From contig CAJOFT010000001.1 of NCBI GenBank assembly GCA_905234025.1, positions 1,042 to 65,041 on the forward strand: a DNA stretch of 64,000 nt, read 5' to 3'. Source of the stretch: Paludibacteraceae bacterium. Its GTDB lineage: Bacteria > Bacteroidota > Bacteroidia > Bacteroidales > Paludibacteraceae. The translations under genes were made by a program, and so were the position numbers. Every line of letters begins with the position of its first letter. The stretch's first letter is position 1. The notes beneath the pieces were generated by a model. It saw only the letters and a list, made by a program, of their open reading frames with translations. It made no database searches and was not told the DNA's origin. Positions 8,587-18,409 of this stretch are shown piece after piece.

Positions 8587-10448
8587 ATCACCACTCTAAA
8601 CAAAAGATGAATATCCGTCCTAGTCTGCGGAATACGACGCTCGGCGGCCCAAGTTTTTGAATATACCGTCTCGCTCACGCGCAAATAAACAGCCAATTGC
8701 TTAATTATCTGCCATCGCATATTCAAATAGAAACGTCCCCCTTGGCCATATGAAGCGGGCGTAGAAAAAGCATATAATACATCGTTTTCATAGATGTACA
8801 CGCGATTAGCCCATTCACGAGCATCGAATCCCTGTGCACGAAATTGTAATACTAACGGTACGCGCGCAAAGCGATATTGGATGTCCTGATGCACACTCAC
8901 GCCCCAAGATAGCGAATTGTTTTTGTCCTGCGCCAGATTGCCATCCGCCTGCGTGCGCAAACGCCAACCTCCATACTCCCAAGTAAACTGATAGCGCAAA
9001 GAATACAACGCCTGTTTCCCTTTCTCTCTGGCACGAAACTTCCAGTTCATCGAATACGCCCGTTGCGGCAACCACTCCGCCATACCCATAGCGTCGTACC
9101 CCCATGACGGTGAATAGTTAATGCCATACTTGATGCCGGAAAAGCGGAAGATGTCGCCATATACTTCAAAGCGCCAATTCTTAAGCCGTTTAATCTCTGT
9201 ACCGATATATAATCCATTCTCATCATTAATACGGCTTGTTTCCGAAAAACTATATCCCAAAGTATTGTCAAACGTGGGAGAATAGTACCGATAAAGAACG
9301 ATTAGTCCTACATCACTCAACGGCAGAAAACGGCAACCAACCTCCGTCCCGAATCCCCAACGTTGGTTCTGCGCTGCAGCCACTTCGCCGAACAAATCAA
9401 ACCATCCGTGATTGTATCGCCAGTTAATACCTACTACAGCCTGCCGGTCACCGCGAAAGTAATTTTGGTTATAGGCTGCTGACTCATAGTAATATCGCAG
9501 ACTATCTGTGTACAAATTCTCCACGGCGGTGACACCTGCTTTAAACCGCTTATGCTTGAAGGTTACGTTTGCACCAATTGTATGCTTCCAATCTGCATCG
9601 TTGGCACGATTCATCGAATAAAGCACCGACACTTCTGTTTTCAGTTTACTGATATCACCAAATGTCAAAGTTGTGCCTACGCCGTGCAAACTGCTTATCC
9701 CCGCTTGCGTGCTTTTCTTGAGCCCCTCTAATGCGTTTCCTGCAGTGAGCACATACTGTGACTTGCCACGCTGAAACTGCGTGTTGATAACCAGTCCTTG
9801 CCCAAACGCCGCCTGATAGTTTCCGGCAACAATGGTTTTGACGTATGGAGCGATATCGTTCAGTTGCAGGTACCCGCCATAAGCCATGTCACGCGCTGGA
9901 GCACCTGCTCCGCGTTGAAGACAGAATCCGAACTGAACCCGATTGCGATAATTAAACTTGTATTTGAATTGCGCATACACAGGGTCACCGGTATATCCTT
10001 CTATATTACGCGCATCCGCGCGCGCGATGATTTCGTGCTTGGCGTTGTGAAACACCTCTCGAGCATAGAGACGGTGAGACTGCTCTGCTGGCGCTACCAT
10101 CACAAATGCCTTCAGATTGCGAATTTCATAAGGCTCCAGTTCGGCTATCAAGTCCAATTCGTTAAGGCTTTGCATCGGATGCTCATAGACATACAATAGG
10201 ATAGCATCCGCTTGTGTATCGCTCAAAAAATGCAGACCATCCAAATCCGCACGTGTAGCGGTATTGAGATTAATCGGGTTCTGTGCATATTCCATCAGTT
10301 CCTCATGCAAGGTGGAATAGTCCGTCTCCTCCGTCTCCGTCAACTGCCGATAGATATCATCAATGATATCTTCAACGGGCACAGATACCTGCGCAAAAAC
10401 AGATATTGACCACAAAATTGTTGTTATTACACAGAAGAATGTTCGCAT
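8583..10448 (-). CDS. Helix-hairpin-helix (ComEA-like) domain fused to a large beta-rich, putative outer-membrane domain
   Basis: Start taken at MRTFF, because the longer ORF runs into the -7 box. Signal peptide ...SISVFAQ. HhH-like INLNTATRADLDGLHFLSDTQADAILLYV. About 500 aa of alternating aromatic/Gly beta-strand-like sequence follows. Confidence 0.6.
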   Translation of the reverse strand: MRTFFCVITTILWSISVFAQVSVPVEDIIDDIYRQLTETEETDYSTLHEELMEYAQNPINLNTATRADLDGLHFLSDTQADAILLYVYEHPMQSLNELDLIAELEPYEIRNLKAFVMVAPAEQSHRLYAREVFHNAKHEIIARADARNIEGYTGDPVYAQFKYKFNYRNRVQFGFCLQRGAGAPARDMAYGGYLQLNDIAPYVKTIVAGNYQAAFGQGLVINTQFQRGKSQYVLTAGNALEGLKKSTQAGISSLHGVGTTLTFGDISKLKTEVSVLYSMNRANDADWKHTIGANVTFKHKRFKAGVTAVENLYTDSLRYYYESAAYNQNYFRGDRQAVVGINWRYNHGWFDLFGEVAAAQNQRWGFGTEVGCRFLPLSDVGLIVLYRYYSPTFDNTLGYSFSETSRINDENGLYIGTEIKRLKNWRFEVYGDIFRFSGIKYGINYSPSWGYDAMGMAEWLPQRAYSMNWKFRAREKGKQALYSLRYQFTWEYGGWRLRTQADGNLAQDKNNSLSWGVSVHQDIQYRFARVPLVLQFRAQGFDAREWANRVYIYENDVLYAFSTPASYGQGGRFYLNMRWQIIKQLAVYLRVSETVYSKTWAAERRIPQTRTDIHLLFRVVI

Positions 10449-10455
10449 TTCGGTG

Positions 10456-10486
10456 CAAAGGTACAAAAATAATTGCAGGTGTCAAA
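10456..10486 (-). promoter_or_regulatory. Bacteroides-type promoter for 8583-10448
   Basis: Reverse-complement TACCTTTG at 10456-10463 and TTTG at 10483-10486, with a 19-nt spacer. Only 7 nt separate the -7 box from the ATG. Confidence 0.55.
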
Positions 10487-10495
10487 ATAAAATAG

Positions 10496-10503
10496 TACTT
10501 TTG
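10496..10503 (+). promoter_or_regulatory. -7 box for 10513-11232
   Basis: TACTTTTG lies 9 nt upstream of the ATG at 10513. No clean -33 TTTG was seen. Confidence 0.4.
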
Positions 10504-10512
10504 CAGCGTATT

Positions 10513-11232
10513 ATGAGACGGACACAACAAATAGCTATCGGAATAGGCTGGCTTTTCACCGCGGCAGCTGTAGGGTATCTAATCTATCGACTTGTCAACT
10601 ATAATGACTATCCGTCCTTTTGGAGCTCCTTCCAAAAGGCAGATGCCGCACAGTATATGTGCTTGGGGGTAGCGCTCATCCTGCTCCCTGTTCAGTTGCT
10701 TATCGAAGCACGCAAATGGCAGACGATGCTTATCGGTTTGGTTCCTGTTCGTTTGCACGATGCGTGGTGGCAGGTTATCTTTGGCAATGTGGCGGCCTTT
10801 GTTACTCCCTATAGGCTGGGAGAATACCCCGCCCGTTTGTTGCAGATGGGGTATTCATTCGCTCAATGGCGCACGTTTATAGGCTCGTGGTGTGACTGGT
10901 TGCGTGATTGGCGCAAGTGGTTACGAGTTTTATTGTTGCATCTGGCGCGTTATGCCGTTTGGATGACCCAATTATGGGCATTGCTCACCTTCTGCGGCAT
11001 ACCACTAACGCCATGGCAAGCGCTCACGGCTATTGTGTCTTACTACGTCCTTATTACCATAATGCCCTCTGTGCCGGCGGCTGATGTGGCGCTCAAAGGT
11101 GGTTGGGCTGTAGTTGTCTTCTCGCAGTTTACGGACAATATCCCGGCCATAGCAGTCACGGTAACCTTAGTGTGGATAGTCAACACCGTATTGCCTGTGC
11201 TAATAGGCGTATTGTTCCGATGGCGCAAGTGA
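10513..11232 (+). CDS. Polytopic membrane protein (possibly flippase-like / UPF0104 type)
   Basis: Start taken at MRRTQQIAIGIGWLF, downstream of the -7 box. Several hydrophobic helices. The family call is weak. Confidence 0.4.
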   Translation: MRRTQQIAIGIGWLFTAAAVGYLIYRLVNYNDYPSFWSSFQKADAAQYMCLGVALILLPVQLLIEARKWQTMLIGLVPVRLHDAWWQVIFGNVAAFVTPYRLGEYPARLLQMGYSFAQWRTFIGSWCDWLRDWRKWLRVLLLHLARYAVWMTQLWALLTFCGIPLTPWQALTAIVSYYVLITIMPSVPAADVALKGGWAVVVFSQFTDNIPAIAVTVTLVWIVNTVLPVLIGVLFRWRK

Positions 11233-11547
11233 TTAGAGTAGTGAATCTATAATCTTCGCCAAGTCTGGTTTGCGGCAAGCACCTACGTGACGATTTACCA
11301 ACTCTCCGTTCTTGAAGAAGAGCATCGTCGGGATATTCATGATTCCGAACTGCTCGCATGTGTCAGGATTCTCGTCTACGTTCAGTTTACCAACGCGAAC
11401 ACGACCTTCATAATCTTTGGCCAACTCGTCCACGATAGGCAACATCATTTTGCAGGGACCACACCATGGTGCCCAAAAATCTACTACTAGGGGTTCTCCC
11501 GTTGCCAACAGCGATTGGAAGTTGGCATCTGTTACTTCATGTGTCAT
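11233..11547 (-). CDS. trxA: Thioredoxin
   Basis: 104 aa with the WCGPC active site and the typical VVDFWAPWCGPCKM...NIPT context. Confidence 0.92.
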   Translation of the reverse strand: MTHEVTDANFQSLLATGEPLVVDFWAPWCGPCKMMLPIVDELAKDYEGRVRVGKLNVDENPDTCEQFGIMNIPTMLFFKNGELVNRHVGACRKPDLAKIIDSLL

Positions 11548-11558
11548 AACTTTTATAT

Positions 11559-13817
11559 TTAAACTTTTACTGATTTTCTATTCGGGTCTTTGAGCAATTG
11601 CTCGGTTATCTTATCTTCTAAATCGGTCTGTACAGCCCGTTTGATAGGCCTTGCACCATACTTGCGCGTGTCCGACTTTGCCAACAACGCTGCACGGGAT
11701 TTCTCAGAAACACTTAATGCGCGACCTTGTTGTTTGAGTCGGCGACGCAGCGAGTTAATCTCTATATCAAGAATTTTCTCCAGCGATGGACGCTCTAATG
11801 GTGCAAATGTAATCACATTGTCAATACGGTTCACAAACTCAGGCGGGAAGGTTTTGTCAAGCGCCTTGAGAAGCATCTGTTTTTGGGTCTTGAGGTCCAA
11901 CTCGCTTGCCTCGAAACCTATGCCAGCACCAAAGTCTTTGAGTTGACGCGTGCCTACATTAGAGGTTAATATGATTATCGTATTACGGAAGTCCACGACA
12001 TGACCTTGACGGTCGGTCAAGCGGCCTTCGTCCAACACTTGTAATAGTACATTAAAAATGTCAGGGTGTGCTTTTTCTATCTCATCAAAGAGCACAATAC
12101 TATACGGTTTGCGGCGTACAGCCTCCGTCAGTTTGCCGCCATCTTCGTGCGCCACGTATCCCGGAGGCGCGCCCACGAGCAGCGAGACTGTATGTTTCTC
12201 CATATATTCGGACATATCGAAACGGATGACTGCATCCTTACTGCCAAACATTTCTTCGGCGAGACATTGTGCGAGGTGAGTTTTTCCTACGCCTGTTGGA
12301 CCAAGGAAGAAGAAGGTGCCTATCGGACGATGCGGGTCACGCAAACCTAAACGAGAACGCTGAATGGCTTTGACAACCGTGGTAACGGCCTCTTCTTGAC
12401 CGATGACGCGTTTGTTAAGGCTGGACATCATCGTACGCAGCCGCTCCGTTTCTGCCTTACGGACACGCTGAACGGGGATTCCCGACATCATTGCCACTAC
12501 CTGTGCCACATCATCTTTATTGACGATAGGACGATTAGCAAGGGCTTTCGTTTGTGCCACATGTTTCTTTGCTCCTGCTTCGTCGAGGACATCAATCGCC
12601 TTATCGGGGAAAGCGCGGTCGGTAATATAGCGTTCGGACAATGCTACACAAGCCTCGATAGCCTCTGAAGGATAAACAACGTTGTGGTAGTCTGAATAGC
12701 GCTCCGCCAGACGTTGTAATATGACTAATGTCTCTTCCGCGGTGGTCGGACGGACAATAATCTTTTGGAACCGACGCTCCAAAGCACCATCTTTCTCGAT
12801 AGAAAGGCGATATTCGTTGGTCGTTGTAGCACCAATACATTGTACTTCGCCACGCGCCAAAGCAGGCTTGAGAATGTTCGCGGCGTCTAATGAGCCTTGC
12901 GCATTACCGGCACCAATAATCGTATGTATCTCATCGATAAAGAGGATAATCTCGTTATGGTTTTGCAATTCTTGGATAACGGACTTCATGCGTTCCTCAA
13001 ACTGTCCGCGGTACGTTGTACCGGCTACCATGGACGCGATATCGAGAGTAATGATACGCTTATCCTGCAACGTTCCGGCCTCGCCGTGCACAATACGCAA
13101 AGCCAAGCCTTCTACAATGGCCGACTTACCAACTCCGGGTTCACCTATCAGTATCGGGTTGTTCTTCTTGCGGCGCGAGAGAATCTGTACTACGCGTTCT
13201 ATCTCTGTCTCTCGACCTACAACCGGATCCAACTTACCTTCAGAAGCTTGAGCAGTCAGGTCGCGACCGTACTTATCCAATGAGGGTGTTGAGGATGCAT
13301 TTCTGTGATCTTTTGTTTTTCGACCCTGCGGTTCTTTTTGCTCAGGCGCATCTTCTACATCGGACGACTGCCCGAGTCCGGACTTGGGAGTAGTTTGTTG
13401 CTTGGGGTATAATTCCGCAATTCGGTCATAAGTAATGGACCACTGTGTCTCAAGATACCTCGCTGCGCTATTAATGCGTTCATGCAGAATTGCCAGCAAC
13501 AAGTGAAGGGATCCTACTGCTTCATCGTTATATGAGCGCGCTTCCACATCTGCCACACGCAAGATGCGTTCTACTTGTGGACTGCGTGAAACGTCTTGTG
13601 GTATACCGGTAGAGCGCATCCGTAAGGAACCGTCCAAATGCTGTTTTGCTTTCTCCGGGTCCCAGCCTGCGCGCAGAAGGAAGTCGTACGCATAGCCTTC
13701 TTGCAGACGCAAGATACCTAACAACAAGTGCTCGGGCTCTACCTGAGCATTCTGTAACCTTCCCGCCTCTTCGCGAGAATAAATGAGAATCTTATTTAAT
13801 CGAACTGTTTGTGGCAT
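11559..13817 (-). CDS. Clp/Hsp100 AAA+ ATPase (ClpA/ClpC family, two ATPase domains, no long middle domain)
   Basis: Clp_N repeats at the N-terminus. Walker A motifs GEPGVGKSA and GPTGVGKTH. The D1-D2 linker is short, so no UVR or coiled-coil M-domain is visible. Confidence 0.85.
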   Translation of the reverse strand: MPQTVRLNKILIYSREEAGRLQNAQVEPEHLLLGILRLQEGYAYDFLLRAGWDPEKAKQHLDGSLRMRSTGIPQDVSRSPQVERILRVADVEARSYNDEAVGSLHLLLAILHERINSAARYLETQWSITYDRIAELYPKQQTTPKSGLGQSSDVEDAPEQKEPQGRKTKDHRNASSTPSLDKYGRDLTAQASEGKLDPVVGRETEIERVVQILSRRKKNNPILIGEPGVGKSAIVEGLALRIVHGEAGTLQDKRIITLDIASMVAGTTYRGQFEERMKSVIQELQNHNEIILFIDEIHTIIGAGNAQGSLDAANILKPALARGEVQCIGATTTNEYRLSIEKDGALERRFQKIIVRPTTAEETLVILQRLAERYSDYHNVVYPSEAIEACVALSERYITDRAFPDKAIDVLDEAGAKKHVAQTKALANRPIVNKDDVAQVVAMMSGIPVQRVRKAETERLRTMMSSLNKRVIGQEEAVTTVVKAIQRSRLGLRDPHRPIGTFFFLGPTGVGKTHLAQCLAEEMFGSKDAVIRFDMSEYMEKHTVSLLVGAPPGYVAHEDGGKLTEAVRRKPYSIVLFDEIEKAHPDIFNVLLQVLDEGRLTDRQGHVVDFRNTIIILTSNVGTRQLKDFGAGIGFEASELDLKTQKQMLLKALDKTFPPEFVNRIDNVITFAPLERPSLEKILDIEINSLRRRLKQQGRALSVSEKSRAALLAKSDTRKYGARPIKRAVQTDLEDKITEQLLKDPNRKSVKV

Positions 13818-13822
13818 ATATC

Positions 13823-15832
13823 TTATCTATAGAACGACCAAGCCAGACCGGCACGGAACACATCCGGGTTATATGGATAGTTGGCCATAATCTGGCAGTC
13901 AGTATTGGATCGCATAAACAAATGATTAAAGTGCGTATAATGTGCAAAGAAGTTCAAGTGCAACGAACGTACAAAGAAGTTCAAGTACACATTCAAAATC
14001 GGATAGTTACCAATCTTCACATCCGTTTGCGAGCAGAACTGCCCCGTAGCGGGATTGAGTATCGGCGCATAATATGCCGTATGATATCGCAAGTCCACAC
14101 CTATCTGAGCATCCAGCGCGCGGAACCACGTGCCGTGATAATACAAATTGTGATAAAGCGTTATCGTCGGTAGCGGAATTACGGATGATGTCGAGTGCTG
14201 ATAAACGACATTGTTTTCAAGGTTTATCCACGGCGTCGTGAGATCACAATGAACGTCTGCGGCAATAATCTGCACGTTGCCGTCCAACTGTTGCGGCAAG
14301 CCTTGGGAGTCAAACCAAATCGGTTTTGTCACATTCTCAAAACATACGTTCACGCGCGGTTTGACCCACTTGGTCGGGTACGCTACTTCACCCCCTACGT
14401 TGAAACGCATCGGTTTGGAGAAATCGTTAGCCCATACATAGTGGTTCGAGACGTAGCGTTGCAGGTAATATGAGGGTGTTTCGTTGCGGAAGAATGCCCA
14501 AGCGGAGATTTGCATAGTGTCCTTGCCCAAGCGGAAATCGCTGTCCACGTGGCCATTGACTTGGAACTCTCCCAACTTGTAACCTGCCAGACACACGTCG
14601 CCGTTCACGCCGTAACGGATGTACTTACCTTGACGCTTGTATATCGAACCGCCGACAAATGTGTTGTTCATCCATCGATATTTGTACGCATCCAATGGCT
14701 GCATAATAAGCGACATGTTTGTGAACGTATCTATCGGATTGTTGAACGGCTGCAACGTTGTTTCCGCATCCACACCGGGATACATATACCGCTGACATTC
14801 GTTCTTGGTATACACGACGGCTCCGAACTTTAGTAACGAGTTAAACGCCTCTTCAAACGTTACGGACAACGTGTTGCGAATCGTGAGTACGTCGGAGGAG
14901 TCACGTGTCTGCTGCCAGTTGCGATATACATTGCCATAATAACCCTGCTGCGCATTAGCCTCGATGTATCGCCGCAACGAACTGCGCGTTTCAAACGTGT
15001 GGGCAAACGTAATCAGCGGCACATGCTCAATACGCACTGAGTCTTTCTTCTCTTTCTCGCCGAAATTATTCTCGACTTCAATCGTGTCGTGGTGTTCACG
15101 CTCTACAGTAATCGAATAATAATGGTTGAGCAATCCGCTCAAATAGCGGTAGCCAGACATGCCTTGCATGTTCACAGGTATATCTTCCGGCTCCAACGTT
15201 CCTTTCACATCCTCCATATTGGTAATTCCGCCGTTCTCAAAGTTGCTAAGCGTCGCAAACGTAAAGGCTGCCTGCAACGAATAGTGGTCACCGTTATAGG
15301 ACCCGAAGACAGAACCGTTAAACAGTTTGTTCTCCTGATACATATAGTGTCCCGCTGCGTTGAGATAGTTTGCCGACAAACCGAGGTTAATACGCTTATT
15401 GAGGTTGCCCGTGAACATAAAGTTCAAGTCGTTTTCTTCGTGGTAGGTCGTAAAACCTTTCTTGTACGCAATGCGCGAATAAGGCACTGTCGTGTTATAA
15501 AACCGTACGTCGCTCGGGGTGATGATGTACGGCTGATATGCTTCGCCGAAGATATCGTCTATCGTGTGCAGGCGCTTGAAATATATGCGCGATTGTGCCG
15601 GCGAAACAAGCGATCCGTTCCAGACGTTCGAGATGCTGTATTTATTCAGCGGCTCGTCCATTGGGAAGTTTATGAATGAGGTGTCCATTTTGACCGTATC
15701 TGCCAAATAAGCAGCAGTTGACAACTGCCAAGAGCGGATTACCGTCTTGACAGTCGTCTTAGGCTTCGCGGCCAACGAACCGGCGATTAGCAACACCGGT
15801 AAACAGACTATTACCCCAATCTTTTTTGACAC
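13823..15832 (-). CDS. Putative outer-membrane porin-like beta-barrel protein
   Basis: Signal peptide ...GSLAAKP. Long beta-strand-rich sequence with an aromatic-rich C-terminus (...AGLAWSFYR). It resembles Bacteroidota 'putative porin' proteins; I did not verify the family. Confidence 0.5.
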   Translation of the reverse strand: MSKKIGVIVCLPVLLIAGSLAAKPKTTVKTVIRSWQLSTAAYLADTVKMDTSFINFPMDEPLNKYSISNVWNGSLVSPAQSRIYFKRLHTIDDIFGEAYQPYIITPSDVRFYNTTVPYSRIAYKKGFTTYHEENDLNFMFTGNLNKRINLGLSANYLNAAGHYMYQENKLFNGSVFGSYNGDHYSLQAAFTFATLSNFENGGITNMEDVKGTLEPEDIPVNMQGMSGYRYLSGLLNHYYSITVEREHHDTIEVENNFGEKEKKDSVRIEHVPLITFAHTFETRSSLRRYIEANAQQGYYGNVYRNWQQTRDSSDVLTIRNTLSVTFEEAFNSLLKFGAVVYTKNECQRYMYPGVDAETTLQPFNNPIDTFTNMSLIMQPLDAYKYRWMNNTFVGGSIYKRQGKYIRYGVNGDVCLAGYKLGEFQVNGHVDSDFRLGKDTMQISAWAFFRNETPSYYLQRYVSNHYVWANDFSKPMRFNVGGEVAYPTKWVKPRVNVCFENVTKPIWFDSQGLPQQLDGNVQIIAADVHCDLTTPWINLENNVVYQHSTSSVIPLPTITLYHNLYYHGTWFRALDAQIGVDLRYHTAYYAPILNPATGQFCSQTDVKIGNYPILNVYLNFFVRSLHLNFFAHYTHFNHLFMRSNTDCQIMANYPYNPDVFRAGLAWSFYR

Positions 15833-15841
15833 AATTGTCGC

Positions 15842-17134
15842 TTATTTTTTCGGCTCTTTGGCAGCCTTTGCTTTCTTTTCTTTCAGTTCCTTCTCGAGAC
15901 GGGCAATCTCTTTCTCCTGACCATTGATGGTCTTGAGCAGCGAGTTCAGTTCCTCGTTCTCAATGGTAGTCGGATATTGCTCTTCAACCAACTGCAAGAA
16001 GTCTGAGAGTACGTTCATATAGTTGATGAACGCATCATAAGCAGAGTCGTAGTTGGTAGCGCCTTGGTCAATATGGTTCATGAAGTGCAGATAGTTGACA
16101 TCCTGCAGCATCAGCCAGTCGCGTTTGAGACGCTTGTCGGAGCACAGATGTACACGCTCAGCCACGTTGTACAGTTTGTTGATAGCCTCTTGTTGCAAGT
16201 CGTTACCGGCATACAGACTCAGGTCTTTTGCCTCACCGGCCCATGTCAGCGGGAACGGAACGGAGATAACGTCCTTGGCAGGCATCTTCTTTGCAGCCTC
16301 AGCCGGTGTGATGAAACCCAGACCATGCTCCAAGGCATAGTACGGCAGCGCTTTCAGGAACTCGAAGATGCCGGTACCGGCATTCTGGCGTACGCCGAAG
16401 GTCTCTGCGCCTACCCAGATGTTCACGATATCCTCGCCTTCCGGCAGTTCGGCCAATGCTTTCGCATATTTATCCGCATCCATCGGGAAGTTCACCCAAC
16501 CCGGATCCGAGAAATGGAATGCTAACTCGTCGCTCAAAGCTACATTACGCATCAGCACTTTCATCTTGGCAGATGCAGCGGACTGATACATATAGTTCGG
16601 CGATTTCCAGCTCAGTACGTGCTTAGCGCCTTCAGCCATGGCTACTTTGTAGCCCCACTTCTGCAGATTGAAAGCGATCTCGTCCGAATACAGCAGTTCG
16701 GCGTTGCAAACGGTGGTCGGCTTCTGCCCAAACAGGTCGCTGATAACTTTCTCTTGTTTCTCCAACTGGTCGCGGAAGTCGTTCTCGTTATACTCAGCTG
16801 CCAACGAATAAGCAAACGGCGTAGCGAGGAACTCCACACATTTGGTTTCTGCCAGCTCGCGGAGAATATCAATCATTTCGGGACGGAACTGCTCAAACAT
16901 CTCCAATACCGTACCGGAGATAGACAGCGCGCAGTGGAATTTGCCCTTTGACAGACGAATCATCTCTTTCAGCGTCTGGCACAAAGGCATGTATGAGTTC
17001 TCTACTAACCAGCCGAGACGCTCTTCCGTCTCAGAGTCATCATAGTAGTAATGGTCTTGACCGATATCAAAGAAACGATAGCGTTTCAGGCGATACGGAG
17101 CGTGCATTTGAATGCAAAAACAGATATTTTTCAT
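15842..17134 (-). CDS. Glycoside hydrolase family 57 (alpha-amylase-like)
   Basis: N-terminus CFCIQMHAPYRLKRYRFFDIGQDHYYYDD is typical of GH57. It sits next to GT4 and debrancher genes. Confidence 0.8.
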   Translation of the reverse strand: MKNICFCIQMHAPYRLKRYRFFDIGQDHYYYDDSETEERLGWLVENSYMPLCQTLKEMIRLSKGKFHCALSISGTVLEMFEQFRPEMIDILRELAETKCVEFLATPFAYSLAAEYNENDFRDQLEKQEKVISDLFGQKPTTVCNAELLYSDEIAFNLQKWGYKVAMAEGAKHVLSWKSPNYMYQSAASAKMKVLMRNVALSDELAFHFSDPGWVNFPMDADKYAKALAELPEGEDIVNIWVGAETFGVRQNAGTGIFEFLKALPYYALEHGLGFITPAEAAKKMPAKDVISVPFPLTWAGEAKDLSLYAGNDLQQEAINKLYNVAERVHLCSDKRLKRDWLMLQDVNYLHFMNHIDQGATNYDSAYDAFINYMNVLSDFLQLVEEQYPTTIENEELNSLLKTINGQEKEIARLEKELKEKKAKAAKEPKK

Positions 17135-17148
17135 GATTGTATAAATTT

Positions 17149-18408
17149 TTACCAGTGATTAATTACTTTGTCATAGATGGCACGCACCTTCAAACCTGCG
17201 TCGTACCACTTGATGTTATTGACCTCCTCCATGCCAAGTTCGTGGAGCGACTTGTACATGGCGGGATATTTCACAATCGCATAGATAGCGTCTGCCATCG
17301 CATCGATGTCCCAATAGTCGGTCTTGATTGCGTGTTGCAGGATCTCTGCGCAACCGGACTGATGAGAGATGATAGACGGGCAGCCGACCTGCATGGCCTC
17401 CAGCGGGGAGATACCGAACGGTTCGCTCACGGACGGCATGATATACACATCCGAATCCGCGAGAATCTCCTGCACTTGTCTGCCGCGCATGAAGCCCGGG
17501 AAGTGGAACTTATCCGCGATGCCGCGTTTGGCGACAAGGTCAATCATCTTGTTCATCATATCGCCGCTACCGGCCATCACAAAGCGTACACCGTCAGTCT
17601 TGTCCAGCACGCGCGCCGCAGCCTCTACAAAGTACTCCGGTCCTTTTTGCATGGTGATACGGCCGAGGAACGTCACCAATTTGTCTTTGCGTTTATGTTT
17701 CACGAACTCATCCGGATTTGCCAACGGCTCTACGGCATTGTGCACCGTCGAAACCTTTGCCGGGTCTTGTCCGTATTTCTCAATCACGGTCTGGCGCGTG
17801 AGGTTACTTACGCACATGATATGGTCCGCCATATCCATGCCGCGGCGCTCGATAGCATATACCGTCGGGTTCACATTTCCGCGGCTACGGTCGAAGTCGG
17901 TTGCATGCACGTGGATAACCAACGGCTTGCCGCTGATTTGCTTCGCAAATACGCCGGCAGGATAGGTCAACCAGTCGTGGCTGTGGATGATATCGAAATC
18001 GAGACTGTTTGCCAATACGCTGGCTACCGCCTCGTAGTTGCCGATTTCTTCCACCAGGTTGTCGGGATAGCGGCCCGAGAAATTAATACATCCGAGGTCA
18101 TCCGTGCCGATACGGCGGAAGTCATACTTGATGCCGTCGCGATAGTGGTAATACTCTTCGGGCGACATACGGCCTTCCATCCGCTGGCGAACGTACTCGT
18201 AGTCATTATCTTTCCAAACAACGGGAATAGAATTGGCACCTATAATCTTCAGGAAAGACTGGTCCTCATCGCCCCAAGGTTTGGGTATCACAAATGTAAT
18301 CTGCAGATCCTCCTGTTGCGACATACCGCGGGTCAAGCCGTAACTCGCAGTTCCTAATCCGCCGAGGATATGGGGAGGAAACTCCCAACCGAACATGAGT
18401 GCTTTCAT
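17149..18408 (-). CDS. Glycosyltransferase family 4 (alpha-glucan synthase-like)
   Basis: MKALMFGWEFPPHILGGLGTASYG N-terminus, a GT-B fold signature with E-x7-E-like SVSEPFGISPLEAM, and glycogen-cluster context. Confidence 0.75.
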   Translation of the reverse strand: MKALMFGWEFPPHILGGLGTASYGLTRGMSQQEDLQITFVIPKPWGDEDQSFLKIIGANSIPVVWKDNDYEYVRQRMEGRMSPEEYYHYRDGIKYDFRRIGTDDLGCINFSGRYPDNLVEEIGNYEAVASVLANSLDFDIIHSHDWLTYPAGVFAKQISGKPLVIHVHATDFDRSRGNVNPTVYAIERRGMDMADHIMCVSNLTRQTVIEKYGQDPAKVSTVHNAVEPLANPDEFVKHKRKDKLVTFLGRITMQKGPEYFVEAAARVLDKTDGVRFVMAGSGDMMNKMIDLVAKRGIADKFHFPGFMRGRQVQEILADSDVYIMPSVSEPFGISPLEAMQVGCPSIISHQSGCAEILQHAIKTDYWDIDAMADAIYAIVKYPAMYKSLHELGMEEVNNIKWYDAGLKVRAIYDKVINHW

Positions 18409-18409
18409 A

